The notes under the pieces are model-generated. The model searched no databases and was not told the DNA's origin. It was given only the letters and a program-made list of their open reading frames with translations. DNA of 64,000 nt from Puniceicoccaceae bacterium (GTDB lineage: Bacteria; Verrucomicrobiota; Verrucomicrobiia; Opitutales; Oceanipulchritudinaceae), in NCBI GenBank assembly GCA_040830765.1, contig JBFOMH010000018.1:1-64000 (forward strand). The letters are read 5' to 3'. Positions 8,555 through 18,128 of this stretch are shown here, one piece after another; positions within the stretch are counted from its first letter, which is position 1; each line of letters begins with the position of its first letter. A program made the position numbers and the translations under genes.

Positions 8555-9571
8555 CTAGTCGTTCTCCTCAAATTCCTTCACCAGGTCACCGATTTCCCGG
8601 ATACATCCGGCAAAGGCACCTTCCCCATCGATGGCATGCCGGAAACCATTGCAAGCCAGCTCGCCCAGTTCAGCAAAACTGAAGCCCAGTTCCTGGTAGA
8701 GGGCGGTGTACTCCTCGCCGAGGGTATTCCCAAAGGATATCGGGTCGTCGGTGCTGATGGTGCAGGTAATGCCTTCCTTGACGAGGTCCCGGATCGGATG
8801 GTCCGCCATCCGCTCCACCACCCCCAGCTTCACGTTGCTAATCGGACAGACGTCCAGGACCGCCCCAATCTCCAGCAGGTGCTGCACCAGCTTCGGCGAC
8901 TCGATAGACCGAACCCCATGCTGGATGCGGGTAACCCCAAGCTCGTCCACTACCTGGCGGACAAATTCAGGCCCGTCAAATTCCCCGGCGTGAGCCTTGG
9001 TCCGCTTGCCGGATGCCCGTACCCGTTGCCAGATGTCGGCTGTCCACGGTTCCAGCGGGGTCGTTTCCGTTCCGTGCAGGTCCACTCCGTCAAGGCTCTC
9101 CCAGTTCACGCAGTCATCAATGAACGGTTTCGACCGCTCGGTGTAACCATCGTGGTGAATGCCCATAAATACCCGGACGACCATCCCTTCCGGAACCGCC
9201 GCCTTGATGGCCTCGCTCACCGCCTTGCCGTCAAGCCCGAGAAACTCCACCATGCCGGAAGCAAAACTGGTCTCCAGGTAACGCACGTTCTCCTCCTCGT
9301 GCAGTCGGGTGAATATGCGCTTGGCAGCCACATGATAATTTTCCGGCGAGGTGTACCAGGCACAGGCCATTTCCAGAAGGGCCTTTTCGAACTCGGCAAA
9401 ATCGGCAAACTTGTAGTGATCATCCCATGACGCCGGCGGGGTCGCAAACCGGTCCGGATCCAGCTCGTTGATCAGTTCCCACGGAAGCGCCCCCTCGATG
9501 TGCAGGTGCGTCTCCGTCTTTGGCAGCCGCTTGAGGAAGTCCTTCAGCGGTGGTTGCGGCTCGTAGGGCAT
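8555..9571 (-). CDS. add: Adenosine/adenine deaminase
   Basis: PKTETHLHIEG, HAGE, RIQHG, CPISN and STDDP. Confidence 0.9.
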   Translation of the reverse strand: MPYEPQPPLKDFLKRLPKTETHLHIEGALPWELINELDPDRFATPPASWDDHYKFADFAEFEKALLEMACAWYTSPENYHVAAKRIFTRLHEEENVRYLETSFASGMVEFLGLDGKAVSEAIKAAVPEGMVVRVFMGIHHDGYTERSKPFIDDCVNWESLDGVDLHGTETTPLEPWTADIWQRVRASGKRTKAHAGEFDGPEFVRQVVDELGVTRIQHGVRSIESPKLVQHLLEIGAVLDVCPISNVKLGVVERMADHPIRDLVKEGITCTISTDDPISFGNTLGEEYTALYQELGFSFAELGELACNGFRHAIDGEGAFAGCIREIGDLVKEFEEND

Positions 9572-9572
9572 C

Positions 9573-10694
9573 TCAGGCCTTTCCCAGCAGGTAGTCCGGA
9601 TTCAGCTTGTGCAGCGACTTTGGAACGAACAGGCCATTCTTGCGGATCAACTTTCCGTCAAACCACATTTCCCCGCCGCCATAGTCCTTGCGCTGGATAC
9701 AGGTGATGTCCCAGTGGACCTGCGAACGGTTGCCGTTATCCGCCACACCGACGTACGCTTGCCCGGGAGTAAAGTGGAAACTGCCGGAGATCTTCTCGTC
9801 AAAGAGCGTGTCCCGCATCGGCTCAAGGATGTGCGGGTTGACCCCGATGGCGAACTCCCCGATGTAGCGCGCCCCAGGATCGCTGTCGAGAATCGCCTTC
9901 AGCTTGCGGTTGTTGCCGGAACAGGAGGCAGCGACAATCTTCCCCTTCTCAAACTCAAAGCGGATGTTATCAAAGGAAATGCCCTGATAGACAACGGGGA
10001 CGTTGTACTGGATAACCCCTTCGACACTGTTCTTGACCGGAGCGGTGAAAACCTCCCCATCCGGGATGTTCCGCAAACCATAGGACATGATGCCTTCGAG
10101 TCCCTTGATGGAGAAACGGAGATCCGTCCCCGGGCCCTTGATGTGGACCTGGTCCGTCTTGTCGAGCAAGCGCTTGAGGACCTTTTCACCCGGAATGAGG
10201 CGGGAATAATCCATGCAGCAGACCCGAAAATAGAAATCCTCGAATGACTCCGTGCTGGTCAGCGCCTGCTGCGCCATAGCCGGCGTCGGCCAGCGCAGGA
10301 CCACCCACTTGGTCTTGTCCACACGCCAGTTCTGCATCGGGCGCATCTTCTTCAAGTACAACTGCATCCGCTTGCTCGGGACATCCGAGGTCTCGAAGAT
10401 GTTGTTTGCTCCCCTGAGGGCGATGTAGGCGTCCATCCCCTTCATCCGGGACAGCTCCAGCTTTGCCTGGTAACTGACCTGTTCCTCCGTAACGCCCATC
10501 AGCAACTCCCGGCTAACGCGGGCACTGTTGATCTGCACGTGCGGGATACCCCGCTTGGCCCGCACCGCCCGGACAAGGGCGATGACCATGGCCTCCGGCA
10601 CATCATAGGCGTCGATTAATACCCGCTCCCCTTTTTTCAGGGCAACGGAGTGATTCACAAGGTTCAGGGCAAGGGTGTCATATCTTGGATCCAT
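9573..10694 (-). CDS. M29-family aminopeptidase
   Basis: [26 protein letters not shown] and HWD motifs. Confidence 0.9.
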   Translation of the reverse strand: MDPRYDTLALNLVNHSVALKKGERVLIDAYDVPEAMVIALVRAVRAKRGIPHVQINSARVSRELLMGVTEEQVSYQAKLELSRMKGMDAYIALRGANNIFETSDVPSKRMQLYLKKMRPMQNWRVDKTKWVVLRWPTPAMAQQALTSTESFEDFYFRVCCMDYSRLIPGEKVLKRLLDKTDQVHIKGPGTDLRFSIKGLEGIMSYGLRNIPDGEVFTAPVKNSVEGVIQYNVPVVYQGISFDNIRFEFEKGKIVAASCSGNNRKLKAILDSDPGARYIGEFAIGVNPHILEPMRDTLFDEKISGSFHFTPGQAYVGVADNGNRSQVHWDITCIQRKDYGGGEMWFDGKLIRKNGLFVPKSLHKLNPDYLLGKA

Positions 10695-10770
10695 GCTGTC
10701 CACTGTGACCCCGCCTTCCTGAATTGGCAAGTTCCCCGATCGATTCCACCCTGCAGCCGGAAAACAAGAA

Positions 10771-10792
10771 AGCCCGCTCTTGCCAGCGGGCT
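10771..10792 (-). terminator. Intrinsic terminator
   Basis: AGCCCGCT-N6-AGCGGGCT stem followed on the minus strand by TTCTTGTTTT. Confidence 0.7.
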
Positions 10793-10931
10793 CTCCTGTT
10801 CTGTGATGAACTCTCTCGACTACTCCTAACCAAAAAACATCATTCTACAAGCTGAGTAGATGGACAGAGAATACCAGATTTCCCTGTCCTCGCCTATCAG
10901 GAAGAAACCTGAGATGGCTCTCGGGTGTTCC

Positions 10932-12149
10932 CTATTGGCCGCGGCGGATAACCGATCCCTGGAAGTGGATGCTGAAGCGGAAGACCTTCTTCCTCCGGGT
11001 GTGGATGCGGCCGCTTTCGAGGTCAACCCGGTAAGGCACTTCCTCCTGGCGGATGTTGACTGCCGCATGGTAGCCCCGCTCGGAAAAGATGTCGATAAAC
11101 ATGGCCAGCGCCATCGGGTCGTTGAACACCTTGTCCTCCGAGTTGATGTAGGCGCGCCCGGAGACCGCATGCCGCAGGATGATCGGCATGAACTTCTTTT
11201 CGATGATGTCCACAATCTGCTCAAACAGATCCATGTGGTGCATCGTGTATTTCTCCAGACGCTCAACGAGCGCCTGCCGGGCATGGACGACAATGTCCGA
11301 CGCCACCGGAAGGCGGGAGACAAGGTCATTGGTCAACTGGTCCAGTTCCAATGTGGACTGGTACTTCAGCTCCTCGACAATGCTCTGCTGGACTTCCTCG
11401 ATGGAGCGCTGGGCATTAATAAAGTGATAGTGGAAAATCTCCCGTAGCGTCGTCAGGGAATCATAGGTGATTTCCTTGAAGGTGCGGTAACGGTTGCGGG
11501 CCGCCTCCACGTCAAGGTCAGTCTTGCGCAGCTCACGGCGCTGTCCGGTACCGGTTGCCTCCACCTGGCGGTTGTGCTCTTCCACTCGCCGGCCCCGCTG
11601 CATCTGCCGGTCCACAGAAACCGCCTCGTCAACGTAGAGCACCACAATGTGGAAAATCGGCATGTGGAACTGAGTCTCCAGGTCGGTCCCAAGGTACTTC
11701 GTCCGCAGGGAACTCAACCTCTGGTAGAAATGCTTGAGACACTCCACCTGCACCTTCGTGCGCGGAAACCCGTCCACCACCACACCGGTGTTGTTCCGCG
11801 GGTCCAGCAGTTGCCGGAGCAGCAGGCCGGTGACCTCGCGGTCACCCACCATCATCCCGGCATCCTTCAGGCGGCGGGCCTCCGGGCTGTTCAAGAGATC
11901 GGAAATGACGATCGGCTGTGCCGTCAGCCCGGTGTACTCCATGATGAAGCGGGTCTGGGTCCCTTTACCGGCACCGGGTGCGCCGTTCAGCCAGAAGATC
12001 TCCCTCGGGAAAACCAGCGATTCCTCGCCGTATTCCTCAAGGAGCTCGTTCCAGACAGAATTGAAAATCAGCTGGGCGTCCTTGATCTCAAGGTCCATCG
12101 CCTTTTGCGAATTCTTCTTGTCGTCAGCTGTGGCAGTGTCTTTGGGCAT
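10932..12149 (-). CDS. Adenylate kinase-like nucleoside monophosphate kinase with C-terminal extension
   Basis: GAPGAGKGTQ P-loop and DGFPRT motif; about 400 aa, roughly twice a standard Adk. Confidence 0.8.
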   Translation of the reverse strand: MPKDTATADDKKNSQKAMDLEIKDAQLIFNSVWNELLEEYGEESLVFPREIFWLNGAPGAGKGTQTRFIMEYTGLTAQPIVISDLLNSPEARRLKDAGMMVGDREVTGLLLRQLLDPRNNTGVVVDGFPRTKVQVECLKHFYQRLSSLRTKYLGTDLETQFHMPIFHIVVLYVDEAVSVDRQMQRGRRVEEHNRQVEATGTGQRRELRKTDLDVEAARNRYRTFKEITYDSLTTLREIFHYHFINAQRSIEEVQQSIVEELKYQSTLELDQLTNDLVSRLPVASDIVVHARQALVERLEKYTMHHMDLFEQIVDIIEKKFMPIILRHAVSGRAYINSEDKVFNDPMALAMFIDIFSERGYHAAVNIRQEEVPYRVDLESGRIHTRRKKVFRFSIHFQGSVIRRGQ

Positions 12150-12258
12150 CGTCCTCTTCAAATACAAGGGACAAGGGTATGGACACCTCCAGTGTCCAAC
12201 GCAAGCCCATAGCATGCTCCTTGCTCAGGGGTGCCACGGATAGCCGGTGCCAGACGAC

Positions 12259-15240
12259 TTAGGGCTCCAATTCCGGACCAAGGACCACCCGGAAGCCAAT
12301 GGAATTGCGCTTCGTCCTTCCAGGGGCTCCCTCGCGGGCCGCCGAACGGACGCGATCCGCACTGTCGCGCCAGCTCCCGCCTCGCAAGGCATAGCCGCGT
12401 CCAGTCTCAAGGTTCACTGAATCCTCCACAGTGCCGCCGGGATGGCGATCCCAGAACCGGTCAATAGCCCATTCGGCCACGTTGCCGTGGACATCGTAAA
12501 GGCCAGAGGCATTGGGCTCGAAGGACCCGATGGGCAGTGTTCCATAGCGTTCGTCAGCGGACTTACCCTCAAGAACACCTCCAGCGTAGGTACTGTGGAA
12601 ATTACCATCCTCAGGACCGGCCTCCTCACCGAAGGAAAACGGCGTATCCGTCCCGCCCCGGGCAGCGTATTCCCATTCCGCCTCCGTTGGCAGCCGGTAG
12701 GCATAGCCATCCGGGATGCGCTCCGCCTGTGCTTCAAACTCCGTCAATCGACGGCAAAACTCCATCGCTTCATCCCAGGAGACCGTGTCAACCGGGAGGT
12801 TTTCGCCACTGAATTCGCTGGGGCGCTCACCCATGACCCGGAAATAGACGTCCTGGGTGATTTCATATTGACCGATCCATACCCCATTGGTCAGCCGGAC
12901 CGTCGTCAGGCGATCCTCATTCGGTAAACGCATGAACTCATCGATTGGGCTGCCCATGGTGTATTCCACCGGCGGAAGCCAGACCATCGGGAGGTCGAAA
13001 TACGGCGGGGACCAGTCTTCGCCCTCTTCCGGACCCGGAATGCGTCTCAAGGGAACTTCCCAGTCCATGCGCTCGTTGGGCTTGCCCGACATCTGCTTGA
13101 TGACACTGAGGTAATTGCGGATGACCGCTTCCACCCGTGCCTCCCTGTTGGCCGGGACAGGCAGGTAGCCAGCCTGGGCAAGGGCCGTTTCCTCCCCGTC
13201 CACGTAGAAGCGCACCGGGACATCATCTCCGATGATTGGGTTCAACCTGACAGGACGGGGCTGAAGGGTCAGCAACACCTCCGACTCCTCGCGGTCAAGT
13301 ACGGTCACCCGCTTCTCAAGGGGGAAGTAGTCAGGATGCTCGAGGATAACTTGGTGCCCGCCTTCGGGCAGGGTAAAGGTCTCTGTCTCTTCGGCCCGCC
13401 GGGTCTCCCCGTTGATGCTCAACATCAGCTCCCAGAGCTCGGGAGCATTGGGCATCGAGAAGTCGATTCGGTAGTGAAGGGTACCGATCTTCAACTCCAG
13501 CGGTTCCGGACTCAGGACGATCTGCTGGCCGGGCTCAAAGCGGACCTCACGATGGACAGCCCGGTAAGCCTCCTTCTCGATGCGGACCTTGAGCAAGCGT
13601 CCGGTATCCAGCTTCTCCACGCTCATCGGCGTAACGCCAACCAATGAACCGTCGACAAAGACCATGGCCCCTTCCGGTTCGGTATTGACAACCAGCTCCG
13701 TTGGCCGGGGCGGCTGGCTCAACTGGACTTCCACCTGTTGACGGGCGAGGTCGAGCGGCTTTGTCAGGGCTGGCATGAGGCTCTTGTGCAGCCCCACCAG
13801 CTTGTAGGTACCGGTCAGGATCCGATCATTGATGACGAGTCCATCGCTGGATTCAATGGTCCCCAGGTGGAGGAGAAAATTCTTCTCACCGAGGACATAA
13901 ACCTCCGTGTCCACAGCCCCTTTGACCAGTAAGTTGGCAAAGTCCGGCCGCAGGTTGATGTTGATCGTCATCGGCTCGGAAGCATTCAACTCAATGGTCC
14001 GTCGTATCATCCGCATTCGCGGGGCCATGACCGTAACCGTATAACGGCCGGACTTGCCCTTCAGGAGCAGTGGAAAGCCCCTCGGGGTGAATCGTCCGCT
14101 TTGCGGACCCCGGATGGTCACCAGTGCATCCATGGGAGAGATATTCAACTTCATGTTCGCCATGTCTTCCGTGGATACCCGCCGGATGGGGATGTCACGC
14201 ACCTCTTCCCCGTCATCGGAGAAGATAATCTGGTAAAACATCGAGGCGGAGCCAATCGTCAGGACCCCCGCTACCCCCAGCAGGATTAGCCGCACAAAAA
14301 TCAGGAGGCGCATGCTGAGCAGGCTTTCAAGTGCCTGCGGCAAGGGAACACGGTTCAGCTTGCGGAAGAGTTGACCCGTCTCCGGCCGCTTCTCGGCCGT
14401 CAGATCGTCAATGTGGTCGAGGTCTTTCAGGAAGGCCTTGTAATTGGGAAAGCGGTCCGCCGGCTTGGCCTCAAGGCAATGGCTGATAAAAAGGTCCCAT
14501 CCGTCGCTGACTTCCTTGCGCGCCTTGGTCGGGGTGGCCCAGCGCCGCTCCGGTTTGCTCCCGGTAAGCAGGAAATAGGCGCACATCCCAATACAATAGA
14601 AGTCGCTTCGCTGGTCACGCGCCTTGAAGTTGCGGATCTCCGGGCTGAGGATCTCCAGTGCGGAGAAGCTCTTCTTCTTGTCTCCGGAAATCGGGATTAC
14701 CGCCCCGCTGACAAATCGTTCAAACGACTCATACTGAATCGACTGGAAGAGACCAATCCCGGCTATGCGCAAGTCCCCGTTCTCATTCAGGAACAGGAAG
14801 TCGGGTGACATGAAATAGTGCCCGAGGTTAAGCTTGCCCGCCTCCGTCAATCCTTCGGCAATTCCCCGCAAAAGGTCCCGCACGCGCTCCTCAGGCAGTG
14901 GCTCACTGCGCTTGAGGACAACGTCGTTCATCGACTTGTAGTTACCCTCCGGATACTGGATAACAAGGTTGCCGCTAACCCGCTGGACTTCCTGGGCCGC
15001 CATTGCCGGGCCTGCCGCCATCCGCTTTTGGCGCTGGACGGATTCCATGTAGGATTGCTGGAATCGTGAGTCCGCCCGCATCAGGGCTTCCGGGACAATA
15101 TGCAGAAGGACGTTCTCGTGCTTCAGCTTGTTTGTCGCCTGGTAAAAACAGCCCAGGATACTGGTCGACAGGATCTGCCGCAGGACATAGGGACCTACAG
15201 TTTCCCCCTCCTTTGGTAGTTGGATGAACTCAGCCAGCAT
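12259..15240 (-). CDS. Membrane protein: Ser/Thr kinase-like domain (likely inactive), TM, PEGA-like repeats, FGE/SUMF1 domain
   Basis: SPE and DQRSDFYCIG kinase subdomains; TM near aa 310-340; VNTEPEGAMVFVDG PEGA motif; RLPTEAEWEYAARG, GLYDVHGNVAEW, RGGSW and IGFRVV FGE-family motifs. Confidence 0.85.
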   Translation of the reverse strand: MLAEFIQLPKEGETVGPYVLRQILSTSILGCFYQATNKLKHENVLLHIVPEALMRADSRFQQSYMESVQRQKRMAAGPAMAAQEVQRVSGNLVIQYPEGNYKSMNDVVLKRSEPLPEERVRDLLRGIAEGLTEAGKLNLGHYFMSPDFLFLNENGDLRIAGIGLFQSIQYESFERFVSGAVIPISGDKKKSFSALEILSPEIRNFKARDQRSDFYCIGMCAYFLLTGSKPERRWATPTKARKEVSDGWDLFISHCLEAKPADRFPNYKAFLKDLDHIDDLTAEKRPETGQLFRKLNRVPLPQALESLLSMRLLIFVRLILLGVAGVLTIGSASMFYQIIFSDDGEEVRDIPIRRVSTEDMANMKLNISPMDALVTIRGPQSGRFTPRGFPLLLKGKSGRYTVTVMAPRMRMIRRTIELNASEPMTININLRPDFANLLVKGAVDTEVYVLGEKNFLLHLGTIESSDGLVINDRILTGTYKLVGLHKSLMPALTKPLDLARQQVEVQLSQPPRPTELVVNTEPEGAMVFVDGSLVGVTPMSVEKLDTGRLLKVRIEKEAYRAVHREVRFEPGQQIVLSPEPLELKIGTLHYRIDFSMPNAPELWELMLSINGETRRAEETETFTLPEGGHQVILEHPDYFPLEKRVTVLDREESEVLLTLQPRPVRLNPIIGDDVPVRFYVDGEETALAQAGYLPVPANREARVEAVIRNYLSVIKQMSGKPNERMDWEVPLRRIPGPEEGEDWSPPYFDLPMVWLPPVEYTMGSPIDEFMRLPNEDRLTTVRLTNGVWIGQYEITQDVYFRVMGERPSEFSGENLPVDTVSWDEAMEFCRRLTEFEAQAERIPDGYAYRLPTEAEWEYAARGGTDTPFSFGEEAGPEDGNFHSTYAGGVLEGKSADERYGTLPIGSFEPNASGLYDVHGNVAEWAIDRFWDRHPGGTVEDSVNLETGRGYALRGGSWRDSADRVRSAAREGAPGRTKRNSIGFRVVLGPELEP

Positions 15241-15246
15241 CGTTGC

Positions 15247-16128
15247 TCAGGGATTTGTAGGTGTTTTGCCGCCGATTTCAACAGGAAACGGTTTTGTCGC
15301 GCTTCCTGTGTACAAACTGATGTGCGGGAACGGTATCTCGATGCCCTCGTTATCGAAGCGTTCCTTGATCTCCTTCATGATGCTGTTGCGCAATTTCAGG
15401 TAATTGGACCGCTCAAACCAGAGCCCGTAGCGAAACTCAAGGGCACTCTCGCCGAAGTTGTTGAAAAGGATCAGGGGTTCCGGGTCATCAAGGGCAAACG
15501 GATTTTCCCGGGCCAGCTCCTTGAGTATGTCCATCACCTTGACTACGTCCTCCTTGTAGGCCACCCCGATGGTCATGTCCATCCGCCGGATCGGATAGCG
15601 GGTGATGTTCGTTACCTGGTTCTTGATCATCGACTCATTGGGGATCCGGACGAAGAGGTTTTCAAAGGTCCGAATCTTGATGGAGAGGAGGTCGATGGAC
15701 TCCACAAATCCGGTCGTGTCGCCAGTGCGAATGAGGTCGCCGATCTTGAACGGCTTCTCCCCAATCAGGAACAAGCCGCTGATGAGGTTGCTGAGACTGG
15801 TCTGCGCGGCAAAGCCAATCGCCAGGGTGGCAACCCCGGCTGTCGCCAGCAGGCCGGTAAGGTCAAAGCCCAGCTCGATGAGGACCGAGACCAGGATGAT
15901 TACCGAGCCGACATAGAAGATGAACTTCCGCATCAATTGAGAAAAGTGCGGGCTCTGGCGACTGGAGAACATCCGCCCGGCGGCATAGGAGACCGCATAA
16001 AGGAGGATGAGGCCCACCACCACGAACAGGGTCACCCGTAACCAGTGGGTAACTTCCGGAGACCGCAGGATATCTTCCCACTCCAGTACGGCCAGCAGTG
16101 GCGGGTTATTTTGCAATAATAAGGTCAT
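15247..16128 (-). CDS. Small-conductance mechanosensitive channel (MscS family)
   Basis: IGFAAQTSLSNLISG, PFKIGD and GIEIPFP. Confidence 0.92.
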   Translation of the reverse strand: MTLLLQNNPPLLAVLEWEDILRSPEVTHWLRVTLFVVVGLILLYAVSYAAGRMFSSRQSPHFSQLMRKFIFYVGSVIILVSVLIELGFDLTGLLATAGVATLAIGFAAQTSLSNLISGLFLIGEKPFKIGDLIRTGDTTGFVESIDLLSIKIRTFENLFVRIPNESMIKNQVTNITRYPIRRMDMTIGVAYKEDVVKVMDILKELARENPFALDDPEPLILFNNFGESALEFRYGLWFERSNYLKLRNSIMKEIKERFDNEGIEIPFPHISLYTGSATKPFPVEIGGKTPTNP

Positions 16129-16912
16129 TCTGAAAGGCCGAGCTAAAGGTTAACCGGTGAAGGCCGCGATCCTCGCGTTTCAGGGGCTTGCTGACTTCGT
16201 TGAGGCTCTTCTCATAGTCTGGCATTTCCGATGAATAATGGATCGCCGTCCCTTTGAAACCGCCCTCGTGCCGGATTTTCACGGTAGAGGCCCACAGGTG
16301 ATCCATCCCGCTGTAGAGGGTCGCATAGGCAGTACGCAGGCAGAGTTTTTCCACCACCAGGCGCTCATCCGAGTGATTTTCCACTTCCACCGGAAATACT
16401 ATATGATGGGCGTGGGGCTCCAGGTCCTCGAAGTCCATGCCCGCTGGAATGGGGACCGTGTAGCAGAGGTCACCCTCCGTCACGATGCCAAACCAGGTAT
16501 CCGACAAGGTCTGGGTGGAAATCGTGCCCAGCTCGACTTCCTTACGCCCGGAAAGAACCATCACTTGCAGGAAAACCGGGACCTGGACAAAAAACTGGCC
16601 GGATTCCCCCTTGGGTATGGTCACCGGATGGGCCGGCTTGACCACCACCGGGCGGTCCGGCACCGTCGGTCGGAGACAAAATTCGCGCGGGGCCTCCTGG
16701 AACAAGAGGTTGGACCAGTCGAGATTCTCCGGTACCACGTCCTCAGGCACCTGGGCGATGTCCCTGACACCATCGGCCTCACCCCTCTCAAAGGCCAGGC
16801 CCCATTCCTTTTCGGCGCGGGCCAGCCACATGCGCAAGGGTCCAAGCCGGACCAATGTGACCCGGTCTTCCCCAATTCGCCTCACTGACCAGAATTGCTG
16901 CAGGCTTCTCAT
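16106..16912 (-). CDS. DUF432-like protein
   Basis: PDRPVVVKP..PV.IP and LSDTWFG..TEG.LCY motifs as recalled for this family; overlaps the MscS gene. Confidence 0.6.
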   Translation of the reverse strand: MRSLQQFWSVRRIGEDRVTLVRLGPLRMWLARAEKEWGLAFERGEADGVRDIAQVPEDVVPENLDWSNLLFQEAPREFCLRPTVPDRPVVVKPAHPVTIPKGESGQFFVQVPVFLQVMVLSGRKEVELGTISTQTLSDTWFGIVTEGDLCYTVPIPAGMDFEDLEPHAHHIVFPVEVENHSDERLVVEKLCLRTAYATLYSGMDHLWASTVKIRHEGGFKGTAIHYSSEMPDYEKSLNEVSKPLKREDRGLHRLTFSSAFQNDLIIAK

Positions 16913-16917
16913 GGGAA

Positions 16918-17457
16918 TCAGGCAAGGACTTCCTTTATCCGGGCGAATACAGTGTCGACTGGTGCCAACTTGCCCTTCCCCTCGTATCCGCAGGCCAGCA
17001 TGCCCTCAGACGTCTCCATGACAATATTGCCCCGCCGCTCAAGGGTTTCCAGGTTCCTGCAGGTTGCCGGATGGGCCAGCATTTTTCCGTTCATGGCCGG
17101 AGCGATTAGCACCTTGGCCTGGGTTGCCAGGTAAATGTTGCACAACAGGTTCGGGGCAAGGCCATGGGCAAAGCAGGCAATCGTGTTGGCGGTGGCCGGA
17201 ACCACCGCCAGCAGGTCCGCCGAGTCGGCGAGGTCAATATGGCCCGGTTGCCAGCCATTCTCTTCAGCCCAGATATCCACCGCCACCGGATGGCGACTGA
17301 GCGTCTGCAGGGTGATGGGCGCCACAATGCGGGTTGCAGCCTCTGTCATGACTACCCGGACTTCGGCCCCGGCCTGGACCAGCATGCTGGTCAGGTCGGC
17401 CGCCTTGTAGGCTGCAATGGAGCCCGTTACTCCGAGGACGATGGTCTTGTCTTTCAC
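16918..17457 (-). CDS. coaC: Stand-alone phosphopantothenoylcysteine decarboxylase (HFCD flavoprotein)
   Basis: LGVTGSIAAYK, HIDLA, PATANT, PAMN and LACG; no CoaB domain. Confidence 0.85.
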   Translation of the reverse strand: MKDKTIVLGVTGSIAAYKAADLTSMLVQAGAEVRVVMTEAATRIVAPITLQTLSRHPVAVDIWAEENGWQPGHIDLADSADLLAVVPATANTIACFAHGLAPNLLCNIYLATQAKVLIAPAMNGKMLAHPATCRNLETLERRGNIVMETSEGMLACGYEGKGKLAPVDTVFARIKEVLA

Positions 17458-18011
17458 TGTTTTGGAAGCGGTTTATCGAGGTAAATGACGTAGGAATCAG
17501 CAATCAGATCATGAAGTCCCCGCTTCTGCTTGTGGAAAGCCACGACAATACAACTGACAATCATGATCGCGATAAAGACATAGGAGGCGATGTTGAGCAT
17601 CGAATTGGCTTCCTGGAAGGCTGCGATTGCCTCCGGGTCCATCTTGGGAATGCCCTGCTCAATCATCTTGATTTGGGTCACGATACCCGGGATGGAAGGC
17701 AGGATGAATAGGCCGCTGCGGACAAATCCTCCGGCAATGCCTAGATGTTGGCCGGAGGCATTGATAACCCGGATTCCCAGCGCCAACTTGCCCGCGGTCC
17801 CACCAAGCGTCCCGTCGAGCAGGGGCTTGTAGGCGATCATTGGAATAGCCAAGAGCAGATAGCCAGCCACCGAATTCATGAAATAGGCCCCCACGGTTGG
17901 GATCAGGAGGATCAGGAAGTCGATCAGGTAGGCCGCCAACCGGATCCCGAATCCCGCCGCTCGCACCGAGCTCAGGTCAAATTCGTTCGTTGATGTTTCA
18001 TTCTCCAACAT
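17454..18011 (-). CDS. RDD-family membrane protein
   Basis: AGFGIRLAAYLID, GTAGK..LGIRV and RGLHDLIA. Confidence 0.9.
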   Translation of the reverse strand: MLENETSTNEFDLSSVRAAGFGIRLAAYLIDFLILLIPTVGAYFMNSVAGYLLLAIPMIAYKPLLDGTLGGTAGKLALGIRVINASGQHLGIAGGFVRSGLFILPSIPGIVTQIKMIEQGIPKMDPEAIAAFQEANSMLNIASYVFIAIMIVSCIVVAFHKQKRGLHDLIADSYVIYLDKPLPKQ

Positions 18012-18128
18012 AGCGCATGACTTATAGTGATTTAACGCCCCGTGGAAACAATAATCTCCCCCCTGTGCGCACAATCTCCCAATTCTTGACACGGTTAATT
18101 CCATCGCTGAGGCTGGTTATTTCCGCTC

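Noticed and set aside
7694..9430. 578-aa plus-strand ORF
   Set aside because: Antisense shadow of rluD and add in GC-rich DNA, with no recognisable motifs. The same applies to other long antisense ORFs such as 62434-63723, 24186-25286 and 18846-19880.
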